Source of the DNA: an uncultured bacterium
GTDB taxonomy: Bacteria; UBP4; UBA4092
DNA length: 64,000 nucleotides
NCBI GenBank assembly: GCA_964644695.1
Contig: CAZXWN010000002.1
Coordinates: 310,001-374,000 of the forward strand
Direction of reading: 5' to 3'
Positions within the stretch are counted from its first letter, which is position 1; the number at the start of each line of letters is the position of its first letter. This document shows positions 48,550 through 59,276 of the stretch, piece after piece. The position numbers were made by a program, and so were the translations under genes. Under the pieces are notes generated by a model. It saw nothing but the letters and a program-made list of their open reading frames with translations. It ran no database searches and was not told where the DNA came from.

Positions 48550-49266
48550 ATGAGTGGAATAATTCCCTGTGTTTTTCTAGTCGCCCGGCCTGCCGCCGGT
48601 AAAAGTGAAGTGATTGATTATCTCAAAAAATCTTCAGATGAAGAACGATTAAGCCGGTTCCATATTGGGAAAGTTCAGGAAATTGATGACTTTCCGTATA
48701 TTTGGGATTGGTTTGAAGAAGATGATATTCTCTCCAAACTTGGCAAGCCCCGTCTGCATAGTAAAGAAGACTATTACTTTATTGACGAGATCTACTGGGA
48801 TGTTTGTCTTTATAAAATAAACAATGCCTTCCAGAAACTGCAACGAGATAACCCCAATTTAGGTGTAGATACTACGGCCGTTATCGAATTTGCCCGTGGG
48901 GGAGACAATGCTTTTGCCCATGCTTTCTCCATTATGGAAGACCAGATGTTGAAGATGGGTGGTATTTGTTATATCAAGGTCAGTTATGAAGAATCAAGCC
49001 GGAAGAACCAACGCCGCAAACGCAAAGGTTTAGAAGATTCCGTATTGTTCCATTCACTCCCACAGGAGAAAATGGATTATTATTACAAGACCAATGACTG
49101 GGATCAAATTGCCCCTGATTTGGATGGTTATTTGAATGTAAAAGGCATCAATGTCCCTTATGCGGTATTACCGAATGAACCTGAAGTGACCGATACTAAG
49201 GAAAAACTGGGACCCGCGCTTGAAGATGTTTTTACACGTTTGTATAAACGCTATTCAGAACGGTAA
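48550..49266 (+). CDS. Uncharacterised P-loop NTPase (NMP/small-molecule kinase-like fold)
   Basis: N-terminal Walker A-like FLVARPAAGKSE, VIEFARG and a lid-like SRKNQRR segment; ATG 48550 follows a GGAGGA RBS. Confidence 0.65.
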   Translation: MSGIIPCVFLVARPAAGKSEVIDYLKKSSDEERLSRFHIGKVQEIDDFPYIWDWFEEDDILSKLGKPRLHSKEDYYFIDEIYWDVCLYKINNAFQKLQRDNPNLGVDTTAVIEFARGGDNAFAHAFSIMEDQMLKMGGICYIKVSYEESSRKNQRRKRKGLEDSVLFHSLPQEKMDYYYKTNDWDQIAPDLDGYLNVKGINVPYAVLPNEPEVTDTKEKLGPALEDVFTRLYKRYSER

Positions 49267-49268
49267 AT

Positions 49269-50645
49269 ATGATGAAATCGAATTTGATTCGTTTAACTTT
49301 ATGTAGCCTCATCCTGGCAGCACTTGCCGGATGGGGCTTCACTTTCCAATCTGGTTCATTAGTTCTTGGTGAGTATACTGTCAACCGGGTCGTGGATGGT
49401 GATACTCTGGGTGTTGATGGTTTACCGAAAACTGTCCGTTTTCTTAACATTGATACCGAAGAATCCGAAAAGGGGCCTGATGCAGAGGCTCTGACTCAGG
49501 AAATTATTAAGAATTTTACTCAAATCATGGCGCAAGCTACCGCCAAAGATCCTTATCCGAAAACAAATACTCCCCTCGGTTGGGAAGGAACTCTATTTGC
49601 CAAAAAATGTTTTCCTGTTGGAAGTGTAGTGAAGATTGAGTTTGATGAGCCTGGTCGTGAGTGGGATTATTATGGTCGAGTCTTAGGGTATGTCTTTTAT
49701 AAAAAAGATGGTAAATGGATAAACTATAATGTTGAGTGTGTCAGGCAGGGTATGAGCCCGTATTCCGATAAATATGGACCCTCCACACGATTCGAGTTGG
49801 CATTTCTGGAAGCAGAACGAGAAGCTCGCATCAATCAACGCGGTATTTGGGCTCCTGGAGCCATGGCTTATCCCGATTATGATGGGCGATTACGGTGGTG
49901 GAATCAACGAGGTAAAGCCTACAAGAATTTCCATACACAGTATAAAGGTAAACCTGGAGTCGTCGATATTCTCAATGATGTGGATTGGAATAAGATGGAG
50001 TCTCTCACAGGTACCGATGTGACTCTTTTTGGTTCTTTCAGTTTTTCTGGATATGATGGGTCCACGGCATGGTTGCAGTTGAATCATAATGACAAGCTGG
50101 CTATGGGAGTTTTTGTTGCTGACAGTGCTTTATGGGCGAAGGTGTCGCCTGATTTACGAGCGGCCGATGGTGAACTTGTTTATTTTAAAGGGAAGCTTCG
50201 TCCCGCTGTAGAATTGGGTCCCAAGAATTTCCTTTATACACTGTCCCTGGAATCCACCCCCCAATATTTCCATGATGTGTTTGTTCCTCGGAAAGCCAGA
50301 GAGTCCGGAGATATCCCCACAGTAAACACTTCCCGTAATGTGAAGCATCCTGAAGGAACTATTCCCTGGGAAGAAGCCACTAAATATATGGGTCAGGATG
50401 TTACTATTTCCGGTACAATTATTCTTACGAAAGATATTGGTTCCCGTACTTTCCTGAATTTTTCTAAGAATTTTCAGAATCAGATATCGCTTATGATTCC
50501 CAAAACTGCTTATGATAAATTCAAAGAATTACCCGCAACCCTTTTCTTAAATCGGACCGTGAAAGTCAAAGGGAAAGTCTCTGAATTCCAAGGGAAACCT
50601 CAAATTGTAGTGGAAGATTCATCTCAGATCGAAATTCTTGAATAA
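49269..50645 (+). CDS. Exported thermonuclease (SNase) with C-terminal OB-fold-like domain(s)
   Basis: Signal peptide; VVDGDTL, VRFLNIDTEE, DYYGRVLGYV, AEREAR..QRGIW. Confidence 0.85.
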   Translation: MMKSNLIRLTLCSLILAALAGWGFTFQSGSLVLGEYTVNRVVDGDTLGVDGLPKTVRFLNIDTEESEKGPDAEALTQEIIKNFTQIMAQATAKDPYPKTNTPLGWEGTLFAKKCFPVGSVVKIEFDEPGREWDYYGRVLGYVFYKKDGKWINYNVECVRQGMSPYSDKYGPSTRFELAFLEAEREARINQRGIWAPGAMAYPDYDGRLRWWNQRGKAYKNFHTQYKGKPGVVDILNDVDWNKMESLTGTDVTLFGSFSFSGYDGSTAWLQLNHNDKLAMGVFVADSALWAKVSPDLRAADGELVYFKGKLRPAVELGPKNFLYTLSLESTPQYFHDVFVPRKARESGDIPTVNTSRNVKHPEGTIPWEEATKYMGQDVTISGTIILTKDIGSRTFLNFSKNFQNQISLMIPKTAYDKFKELPATLFLNRTVKVKGKVSEFQGKPQIVVEDSSQIEILE

Positions 50646-50672
50646 CATATTGAGAAAGGCAGAGTAAAACAA

Positions 50673-52109
50673 ATGGCTCAAAAACATGAAGAAGGAAGTA
50701 CCGGGCAACTACTGAATTTGTGTTTCTGGTATTTTATCTTTTATATCCTTACGGGTATTTTTGTTAAGTTTTTTGTTCCCTTCAAGGTCAGTGAAATGGA
50801 ATGGTTGGTATGGAGTACATTAGGTAGTAATGTGCTTTGTATCGGAGTCGTATTTGCTTTAGGGTGGTTTAAGCTGAAATCCAGCAACTTGATCACCTGG
50901 GGTGGTATTACATTCCCGAAAGAATACCTATATATCATTCCATCTGGTATTTGTACTGCTGTAGTCATCCCTACCACAACTCTGATGTATTCCTTGCCCA
51001 TCACTGTCATGGTGGCAATGGTCATCATGCGGGGCAGTATCATTGTCCTTAGCCGGTTGATTGATGAAATACAGATTCGTCTGGGTATCCTGAAAAAGAA
51101 AGTCTATTGGCAAGAAAATGTAGGTGTTGTAATTGCCGTCCTGGCGGTCAGTACCCAATTGTTCCTGAATAAAAAGGTAGGAATGGACTTCTTTACATAC
51201 GGACCTGCCATGGTTATTCTTTCCAGTTATCTGGTTGCTTACTTCATTCGAATCTACATCATGAATTATTACAAGAATACTCGGCCTAAAGGTGCTGTTT
51301 ATGATACCAAGGGCTTTTTTGGTGTAGAACAGATATCCTCGACCATTACTATGATTACGGTATCTTTGCTGGTCTTCAATTTTGTAAATCCAGTTAAAGT
51401 TGTTACGGGAGCTCTTGATTGGAAAGAAGCTGGCAAACAAGTCAACCAAACTCAAACATTTATGGGTGAAGTCGTTGATATTAAAAAAACGGATGAGGGG
51501 ACTTTTTTAACCTTTTCTAAAGAAGACTCAACGGCATTACGAATTATAATTCCCAAAGATCTGGATAAGAAGTTTACCGTGGACACTGAAAAACTGTTCA
51601 AAGGTAGAATTGTCAGTGTTACAGGTTCTGTAAATCAAGTCAATAATTCTCCTGAATTATTGGTGCAAACGAAAAACGATATCAAAATTCAGGATTTCAA
51701 ACAGGTCCGCGATTTCAAGAAAGCCTTCACGGATACTCACTCTAACTGGCCCTGGCAAATGATTTTTGGTAGTTTCTTTGGAGCCGTTGCATTCTTCTCT
51801 GTATTTATCTTTATGTTTAAAGGGCGGACGGCGACTTTTGCCGGTTTAGTGAACCGGTTAACTTCATTAATAGCGGGTACTGTATCTACTTTGATTGTTT
51901 GGTTTGTCGCCAGTGGTAAGGTTCCGGCAATCACTCAGTGGTTATCCAATGTCAGTGGAGTTGAATATTCATTGCTTGTTGAAAAAGTGGCAAAATTTCC
52001 CAAAAACGCTGACTGGGTGACGCTGGTCCTGATTTTTGTTGCCGTCTGGTTCTTGGGACTTGCTGAAAACAGGCGAGTTGCTGAGTTAAAGAAAGAAAAA
52101 GAATTATAA
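50673..52109 (+). CDS. Polytopic membrane protein (DMT/EamA-like by inference) with an inserted OB-fold-like soluble domain
   Basis: About 10 hydrophobic helices; the soluble insert at 51411-51695 is homologous to the C-terminal domain of the upstream nuclease. Confidence 0.65.
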   Translation: MAQKHEEGSTGQLLNLCFWYFIFYILTGIFVKFFVPFKVSEMEWLVWSTLGSNVLCIGVVFALGWFKLKSSNLITWGGITFPKEYLYIIPSGICTAVVIPTTTLMYSLPITVMVAMVIMRGSIIVLSRLIDEIQIRLGILKKKVYWQENVGVVIAVLAVSTQLFLNKKVGMDFFTYGPAMVILSSYLVAYFIRIYIMNYYKNTRPKGAVYDTKGFFGVEQISSTITMITVSLLVFNFVNPVKVVTGALDWKEAGKQVNQTQTFMGEVVDIKKTDEGTFLTFSKEDSTALRIIIPKDLDKKFTVDTEKLFKGRIVSVTGSVNQVNNSPELLVQTKNDIKIQDFKQVRDFKKAFTDTHSNWPWQMIFGSFFGAVAFFSVFIFMFKGRTATFAGLVNRLTSLIAGTVSTLIVWFVASGKVPAITQWLSNVSGVEYSLLVEKVAKFPKNADWVTLVLIFVAVWFLGLAENRRVAELKKEKEL

Positions 52110-52132
52110 TTAAAAAGATAACCTTGATAGAT

Positions 52133-52162
52133 AAAGAGCCTTTCTAATCAGAAAGGCTCTTT
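52133..52162. terminator. Bidirectional intrinsic terminator
   Basis: AAAGAGCCTTTCT-aatc-AGAAAGGCTCTTT between convergent operons. Confidence 0.8.
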
Positions 52163-52165
52163 TTA

Positions 52166-53173
52166 TTATGCATATTTTTCAGCCGCTTTACGGACAGCCT
52201 GACGTAAGGTGTCCCAAGCTAAATCAGGATCTCCACAGCGGGTGTAAGAGATATGATGGCAACAGTTATAACCCCAGAAAGAGATGTTTCGGATGCTAGA
52301 TTGGATAGTCAGTTCAAGAGCCCTCTCCATTTCCCATTCTTGCCCTGAGGGTATCATCATTCCTTGTAGCCATATTTGTGGCTCCCAGTGGTTTCTATGG
52401 GCGATATCGAGGGTCTTTTGACTAAAGTCGGATACATAGGATTCCAAAGGTTGTTTGTCCCATATCCAATATGGATCCGTACCAAATACATCAACCTTTT
52501 TAATGTGATGAATATCCTCCCAGGGAATACTTCCTGCCTTACTGGGGTGATTGGGCAATAATATTAGGGCATTTTTCTTGTTTAATGTGGAATTTATCTG
52601 GCATAGGTCTGAAAGAAACTCTATCAATATGCTGGATTTCCAATGACTTATTTGGGGAAATGTGTGGAGGGGTAGGGTAACTCCATACTGATTAAGGTGA
52701 TTTTGCTGGCATCGTGGACAATGGCATGCCCAAGTTCCTTTGGAGGGCGCAGCCCAACCGGGAATGTAAAAATGGGGTTCATCCCAAAGAACATAATCGG
52801 TTTCACTGTGCCCAACCCCATCAAGCCATTGATAGAGGTAATCTCTAAATCCAGTACTTAGTGGGCAGGCATGAGGAACTCGGGTCCCATCTTCCAGTAT
52901 TTGACATTCAGAAGGGTATTTGGCGACAAACCAGGAGTACGCTTCTCCTCCAAATACTTTTCCAACACCCCAAGGGTCAGTGTATACTTCGAACCCGAAG
53001 TCTTTAGCCAGTGAAATAATATCGAATACGGTTTGTTTCCAGAATTGGAAATCATTTTCAGAAAGCGGGATGGTGAGGGTATTGAACCCATCCCGCTTCA
53101 ACTCTTCAAAATCAGTTTTTACATGGCGGAGATGATAGTTACCAAAATAACTGCATCCCAGCTTTATGGACAT
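52166..53173 (-). CDS. Hypothetical glycoside hydrolase-like TIM-barrel protein
   Basis: DPWGVGKVFGGE, WDEPH, CHCPRC metal motif reminiscent of GH42-type barrels, GTDPYW; family uncertain. Confidence 0.5.
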   Translation of the reverse strand: MSIKLGCSYFGNYHLRHVKTDFEELKRDGFNTLTIPLSENDFQFWKQTVFDIISLAKDFGFEVYTDPWGVGKVFGGEAYSWFVAKYPSECQILEDGTRVPHACPLSTGFRDYLYQWLDGVGHSETDYVLWDEPHFYIPGWAAPSKGTWACHCPRCQQNHLNQYGVTLPLHTFPQISHWKSSILIEFLSDLCQINSTLNKKNALILLPNHPSKAGSIPWEDIHHIKKVDVFGTDPYWIWDKQPLESYVSDFSQKTLDIAHRNHWEPQIWLQGMMIPSGQEWEMERALELTIQSSIRNISFWGYNCCHHISYTRCGDPDLAWDTLRQAVRKAAEKYA

Positions 53174-53925
53174 TACTTCTCACCAAATACCTGAGGTTTG
53201 TAAAAATTTGCCAGAGCTGTGTAGCCAGCCTCAGTCAGATGTAATCCATCTTTACTATATTCCTCTTTCAACTCTCCCTTGGAATCTTTTAACTGGGAGT
53301 GGGCATCCAGATAGATTGCGTTATTACGCTTGGCTGCACGTTGAATGTGTTCATTGAGAATGATAATGTTTCTGTTTGCAAAGGCCCATTTATCTCGGGT
53401 CGGAAGCACTGAGACAAAAAATAACTTCTTATTTGGAAGCCCTTTGCGAATGGCATTTGCCAGATTGTCATATTGATCAAGTTTGGTTCGGAAGGTAGTG
53501 TCTTGACGGAAGTAGGAGAGGTCATTTATGCCAATCATCATGACTACTTGATCCGGGTTTAAGTTATAAACACAGGAAGAAAGACGATCATAACATCCAC
53601 ACCGAAGAGCTCCACCCAGAGTGTCACCACTCATTCCCCGATTGATAGCTTTTTTCCCCGGGAAATACTTGTTTAAATCAAAGCCTTCAGTGAGAGAGTC
53701 CCCCAGAAATACCGTTCCGTTCTGCAAACTGGCCAAATTCTCTTGATTAAAGGCGGCAATTCTATTTTTGTGAAATTCCGAAATTGGCATCTTCCGGATA
53801 TCACCGACTTCTACTGTGGTGAAAGATTTCTTTTCGCTTGATGTGATTTGCTTTGAAGTCGTCACACAGCCAGAAATGACTAATGTTAATACGAGAAATA
53901 TGATGGTTGTTTTGATTTTATTCAT
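53173..53925 (-). CDS. SGNH/GDSL esterase lipoprotein
   Basis: Lipobox ISGC; GDSLTE, NRGMSGD, GIND, DGLH. Confidence 0.9.
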   Translation of the reverse strand: MNKIKTTIIFLVLTLVISGCVTTSKQITSSEKKSFTTVEVGDIRKMPISEFHKNRIAAFNQENLASLQNGTVFLGDSLTEGFDLNKYFPGKKAINRGMSGDTLGGALRCGCYDRLSSCVYNLNPDQVVMMIGINDLSYFRQDTTFRTKLDQYDNLANAIRKGLPNKKLFFVSVLPTRDKWAFANRNIIILNEHIQRAAKRNNAIYLDAHSQLKDSKGELKEEYSKDGLHLTEAGYTALANFYKPQVFGEK

Positions 53926-53930
53926 TTTAT

Positions 53931-54683
53931 TTATTTCTTATTCAAGATTTCTTTGTTGTAAACGGTAGTAATAAGTTCATAGCCTTTGGGGCTGAGATGA
54001 ATGTCATCTGCGGCCAAATCTTCTTTAAGCATACCCTTTTCATCTTTGAATAAATCATAGATATCAATATATTTGATGCCATATTTTTGAACGTGTGCTT
54101 TCATCCCAGCATTAAATTTGAGGGTTTGCTCATTGTATTTGGCATACTTTCCTTTGCAGGGAGTGCAAGAAACGACATAGATTTTGGTGTTGGGAAGGTT
54201 TTTTCGAAGAGTCCATAACAGGTAGTCATGACGGAGGATCTTATCTTCCACACTTTGAGAGGATACCCAGACAATATCATTTATTCCAATCATGAGGATA
54301 AGGGTTTTCGGATTTAAGTTATATACACAAGCATCCAGGCGGTCCATGAGCCCCCATCCGTTGGAGCCTCCCATGGTATCTCCACCGATTCCCCGGTTAG
54401 CAACTTTTTGACCCGGGAAATATTTCTCCACAGGAAAACGCTCAGTAATGGAGTCACCGACGAAAGCGATACAGCCCTGTAATTTTGCTACATCTTCTTT
54501 TTCAAACGCGGCCATACGCCCAGCAGCATAAGCACCCATCTTTCCTTTACCAGGCATTCCGACGGTTACAGGTTTAAAGTTTGGCTGTTCGGGAAGTGTA
54601 GCTTTGGAAAACTTAGTACTGGCACATCCGAGAGTGCCTAATATCATTGAGAGTGTTAAAACAATAGCTAGAAAACGAGTCAT
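53931..54683 (-). CDS. SGNH/GDSL esterase lipoprotein
   Basis: Lipobox TLGC; GDSITE, NRGIGGD, GIND, DDIH. Confidence 0.9.
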   Translation of the reverse strand: MTRFLAIVLTLSMILGTLGCASTKFSKATLPEQPNFKPVTVGMPGKGKMGAYAAGRMAAFEKEDVAKLQGCIAFVGDSITERFPVEKYFPGQKVANRGIGGDTMGGSNGWGLMDRLDACVYNLNPKTLILMIGINDIVWVSSQSVEDKILRHDYLLWTLRKNLPNTKIYVVSCTPCKGKYAKYNEQTLKFNAGMKAHVQKYGIKYIDIYDLFKDEKGMLKEDLAADDIHLSPKGYELITTVYNKEILNKK

Positions 54684-54819
54684 GGATGAATCCTCCGAAT
54701 AAATTCTGTTGAACGGGATTCATTTTACCACAGGGATTTGGTGCTTGGAATTCTAAATCTAAAAGCAATTTAAATATCTGTGTTCAGTGCAAATAAAGCT
54801 TTGTCTACACCCGTTAGAT

Positions 54820-55587
54820 TTATTTAACCTTAAAGATTTCCTTGTTGTAGATACGAGTTGTTAATTCGTAGCCTTTTTCAGTGAGATGAATATCATCAGA
54901 GGTTAACTCAGCTTTCAACAGGCCCTGTTCATCTGTGAATTGATCATACAAATCAACATATTTGAACCCATACTTGGGCGCATTTGTTTTTATCCCGTCA
55001 TTAAATAACCGGATTTGCTCATTAAATTTGCCGTATTTCCCTCTGCAGGGTGTTGCGGAAACGGTGTAAATCTCAGTGTTGGGGAGATTCTTATGGAGGG
55101 TCCATAAGAGGTAATCATAACGTCGTATTTTAGATTCCAAATCTTCTGTGGTGATCCAGATAATATCGTTTACTCCAATACAAAGGATTATCATTTTGGG
55201 ATGAAGATTATAAACAGAACTTTCCAGTCGATCCATCATTCCCCAAGGATACCAACCACCAATGGTATCTCCACCAATTCCACGATTAACTATTTTCAGA
55301 TTAGGGAAAAACTTGCCGATAGGATATCTCTCCTCAATAGAGGCACCAAGAAGGACAATTGACCCTTGTAGTTTGGATACATCCTCTTTTTCAAAGGCTG
55401 CCATTCGGCCGGCGGCATAAGAGCAGATATTCCCTTTCCCAGGCATTCCGACAGTGATAGGTTTAAAATCAGGAGGTTCGGGAAGTGTTTTTTTTGAGTA
55501 TTGGCTAGTGGTACATCCGATAGTACCAAGAATCATGGCTAGTGTTAGTATCATAATCAGTGCTCGCATCACGAAAAAATCTTTCAA
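54820..55587 (-). CDS. SGNH/GDSL esterase lipoprotein (GAS variant)
   Basis: Lipobox TIGC; GASIEE, NRGIGGD, GVND, DDIH. Confidence 0.88.
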   Translation of the reverse strand: MKDFFVMRALIMILTLAMILGTIGCTTSQYSKKTLPEPPDFKPITVGMPGKGNICSYAAGRMAAFEKEDVSKLQGSIVLLGASIEERYPIGKFFPNLKIVNRGIGGDTIGGWYPWGMMDRLESSVYNLHPKMIILCIGVNDIIWITTEDLESKIRRYDYLLWTLHKNLPNTEIYTVSATPCRGKYGKFNEQIRLFNDGIKTNAPKYGFKYVDLYDQFTDEQGLLKAELTSDDIHLTEKGYELTTRIYNKEIFKVK

Positions 55588-55664
55588 TTAAACTTTTCTG
55601 AATTGAATCAATTCTATCATATTGATTAGGGTTGTTTTTGATGTGATAAGGCTCAGAAATGGTT

Positions 55665-56417
55665 CTATTTCATACCAAAGATTTCTTTTTTATACACCCT
55701 GGTCATTATCTCGTAGCCAGCTGGTGTGAGATGGATATCATCAGCCGCTAATTCGGCTTTCAATTGCCCGTGTTCGTCTAAGAAAAGGTCATGTAAATCA
55801 ATAAATGGAATACCGTATTTTTGAGCATTTGATTTAATTCCTGCATTGAACTTGAGTATTTGGTCGTTATACTTACCTAATTTCCCTCTGCAAGGGGTGC
55901 AAGAGACAACGTAAATCTGGGTATCCGGGAGGTCTTTCTTAAGCTTCCATAATAAATATTCATGACAGAGAATTTTATCTTCAGTACTTTGGGTGGTAAT
56001 CCAGATGACATCATTGTTTCCGATTAAAAGCACCAGCTTTTTGGGATTTAAGTTATAGACAGAGCTTTCTAATCGATCTAATAGACCCCAGGAATACCAT
56101 CCGCCCATAGAATCCCCACCTATTCCCCTGTTCACTGTTTTGATGCCAGGGAAATATATGTCCAAAGAATAACGCTCGGTGCCGGAGGCTCCAACAAAAA
56201 CAGTACGCCCTTGTAGTTTAGAAATATCTTCCTTTGCAAAAGCAGCCATGCGACCTGCGGCATATGCGGGCATTTTACTTTTACCAGGCATGCCGAGTTT
56301 AACCGGTTCAAATTTTGGTTGTTCAGGGAGAGTCGTTTTGATGTGTTTAGTGCTGACACATCCAATGGATCCTAAAATTAGCGAACAGGAAAGTAGTACA
56401 AGTAGTGAGCCGTTCAT
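55665..56417 (-). CDS. SGNH/GDSL esterase lipoprotein (GAS variant)
   Basis: Lipobox SIGC; GASGTE, NRGIGGD, GNND, DDIH. Confidence 0.88.
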   Translation of the reverse strand: MNGSLLVLLSCSLILGSIGCVSTKHIKTTLPEQPKFEPVKLGMPGKSKMPAYAAGRMAAFAKEDISKLQGRTVFVGASGTERYSLDIYFPGIKTVNRGIGGDSMGGWYSWGLLDRLESSVYNLNPKKLVLLIGNNDVIWITTQSTEDKILCHEYLLWKLKKDLPDTQIYVVSCTPCRGKLGKYNDQILKFNAGIKSNAQKYGIPFIDLHDLFLDEHGQLKAELAADDIHLTPAGYEIMTRVYKKEIFGMK

Positions 56418-56481
56418 TGTTAAATCCTTTAGTCAAAGTTGTCAAAATTGGGTTCATTCTAACACATGACTTTGAGATTAA

Positions 56482-56901
56482 TTATCCTTCAGAGAGAGGG
56501 GGATTAGACCTCATGGCCTTCTTATCTGACTGATGCTTTTTATCCTGGAGGATTTTCTCTTTAGCTCTTTTGGATCTTTTGCGTTTTTGTCGCCGAATCT
56601 TTTCTATTTCCTGTTGTTTCCTGCTTTGTTCACCAAGAATCTCGGTTTCAATCTTTTCCACTAACAGGCGACGGGCATAGAACCTGTTCATAGCTTGAGA
56701 CCGTTCAGTTTGATATTTCACCGTGGTGCCGGTGGGTCGGTGAACTAATTGAACACAGGTAGAGGTTTTATTGACATGTTGGCCCCCTTTACCAGAGGAT
56801 CTAACATAAGATTCATCCAAATCTTCTTCGCGGATGTTGAGTTCTTCCATCCGTTGGAGAAGTTCCTGTTCTTTAGCCGGGGAGACGGGAAATCGGGGCA
56901 T
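56482..56901 (-). CDS. Peptide chain release factor-like ribosome rescue protein (ArfB-like)
   Basis: SSGKGGQHVNKT, ERSQ..NR and a highly basic C-terminal tail. Confidence 0.88.
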   Translation of the reverse strand: MPRFPVSPAKEQELLQRMEELNIREEDLDESYVRSSGKGGQHVNKTSTCVQLVHRPTGTTVKYQTERSQAMNRFYARRLLVEKIETEILGEQSRKQQEIEKIRRQKRKRSKRAKEKILQDKKHQSDKKAMRSNPPLSEG

Positions 56902-56906
56902 AAGAG

Positions 56907-58610
<1,704 letters not shown>

Positions 58611-58692
58611 TCATTGATACCCATGGCGTATTATCTTTTCTATTTTAGCCTAATAATTCAGAAATCAGAGTATTCCCTGACTTTAGGGAATG

Positions 58693-58726
58693 AAAAACCG
58701 GAAGGAGAATGAAACTCCCTCCGGTT
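58693..58726 (-). terminator. Intrinsic terminator after gspG
   Basis: Minus strand AACCGGAGGGAG...CTCCTTCCGGTTTTT. Confidence 0.7.
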
Positions 58727-58748
58727 GGAATAATTCTTCGGAAATTAG

Positions 58749-59198
58749 TTAGTTATTGGAGTTTGAGGTCTTTTCCCAGTTGGTAATATCATCTGCGGTA
58801 TTTTCGACGCCATCTTTACCGAGGGACCAAATGTCATATTCATCAGGATTATGTTCACCAGGGCATTTGTATTTATATTCAAGCCCCCAGGGGTCCATGG
58901 GGATTTTCTTCAGATAAGGGCCATTCCAGTTCTTGGGGACAGGATTTGAACTGGGTTTTTCCATAAGAGCTTTGAGTCCCTGATCCGTAGAGGGGTAATC
59001 GTTATTTTGCATATAGTAGGTATCAAGCACATTACTGATAGTTGCAATATCAGATGTGGCACGGCGATTTTGAACAAAGGGTACTTGTTTGACTAACTTA
59101 GGCATGACCGCTGCGGCCAGGATACCGATGATGACAACGACCAACATGATTTCCATCAAGGTGAAACCCTGACGGTTGGTAAATGACTTTAAGTTCAT
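58749..59198 (-). CDS. gspG: Type II secretion system major pseudopilin
   Basis: G|FTLMEIMLVVVIIGILAA, YPSTDQGLKAL, WNGPYL, DPWG..Y.Y..PG, DDITNW. Confidence 0.92.
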   Translation of the reverse strand: MNLKSFTNRQGFTLMEIMLVVVIIGILAAAVMPKLVKQVPFVQNRRATSDIATISNVLDTYYMQNNDYPSTDQGLKALMEKPSSNPVPKNWNGPYLKKIPMDPWGLEYKYKCPGEHNPDEYDIWSLGKDGVENTADDITNWEKTSNSNN

Positions 59199-59276
59199 AA
59201 AAACTCCTCAATGAGCAGATTCTCTTGAATTATATACCAGAATCTGATGGGGAAAGATGACAGTCCCCTGAATTGA

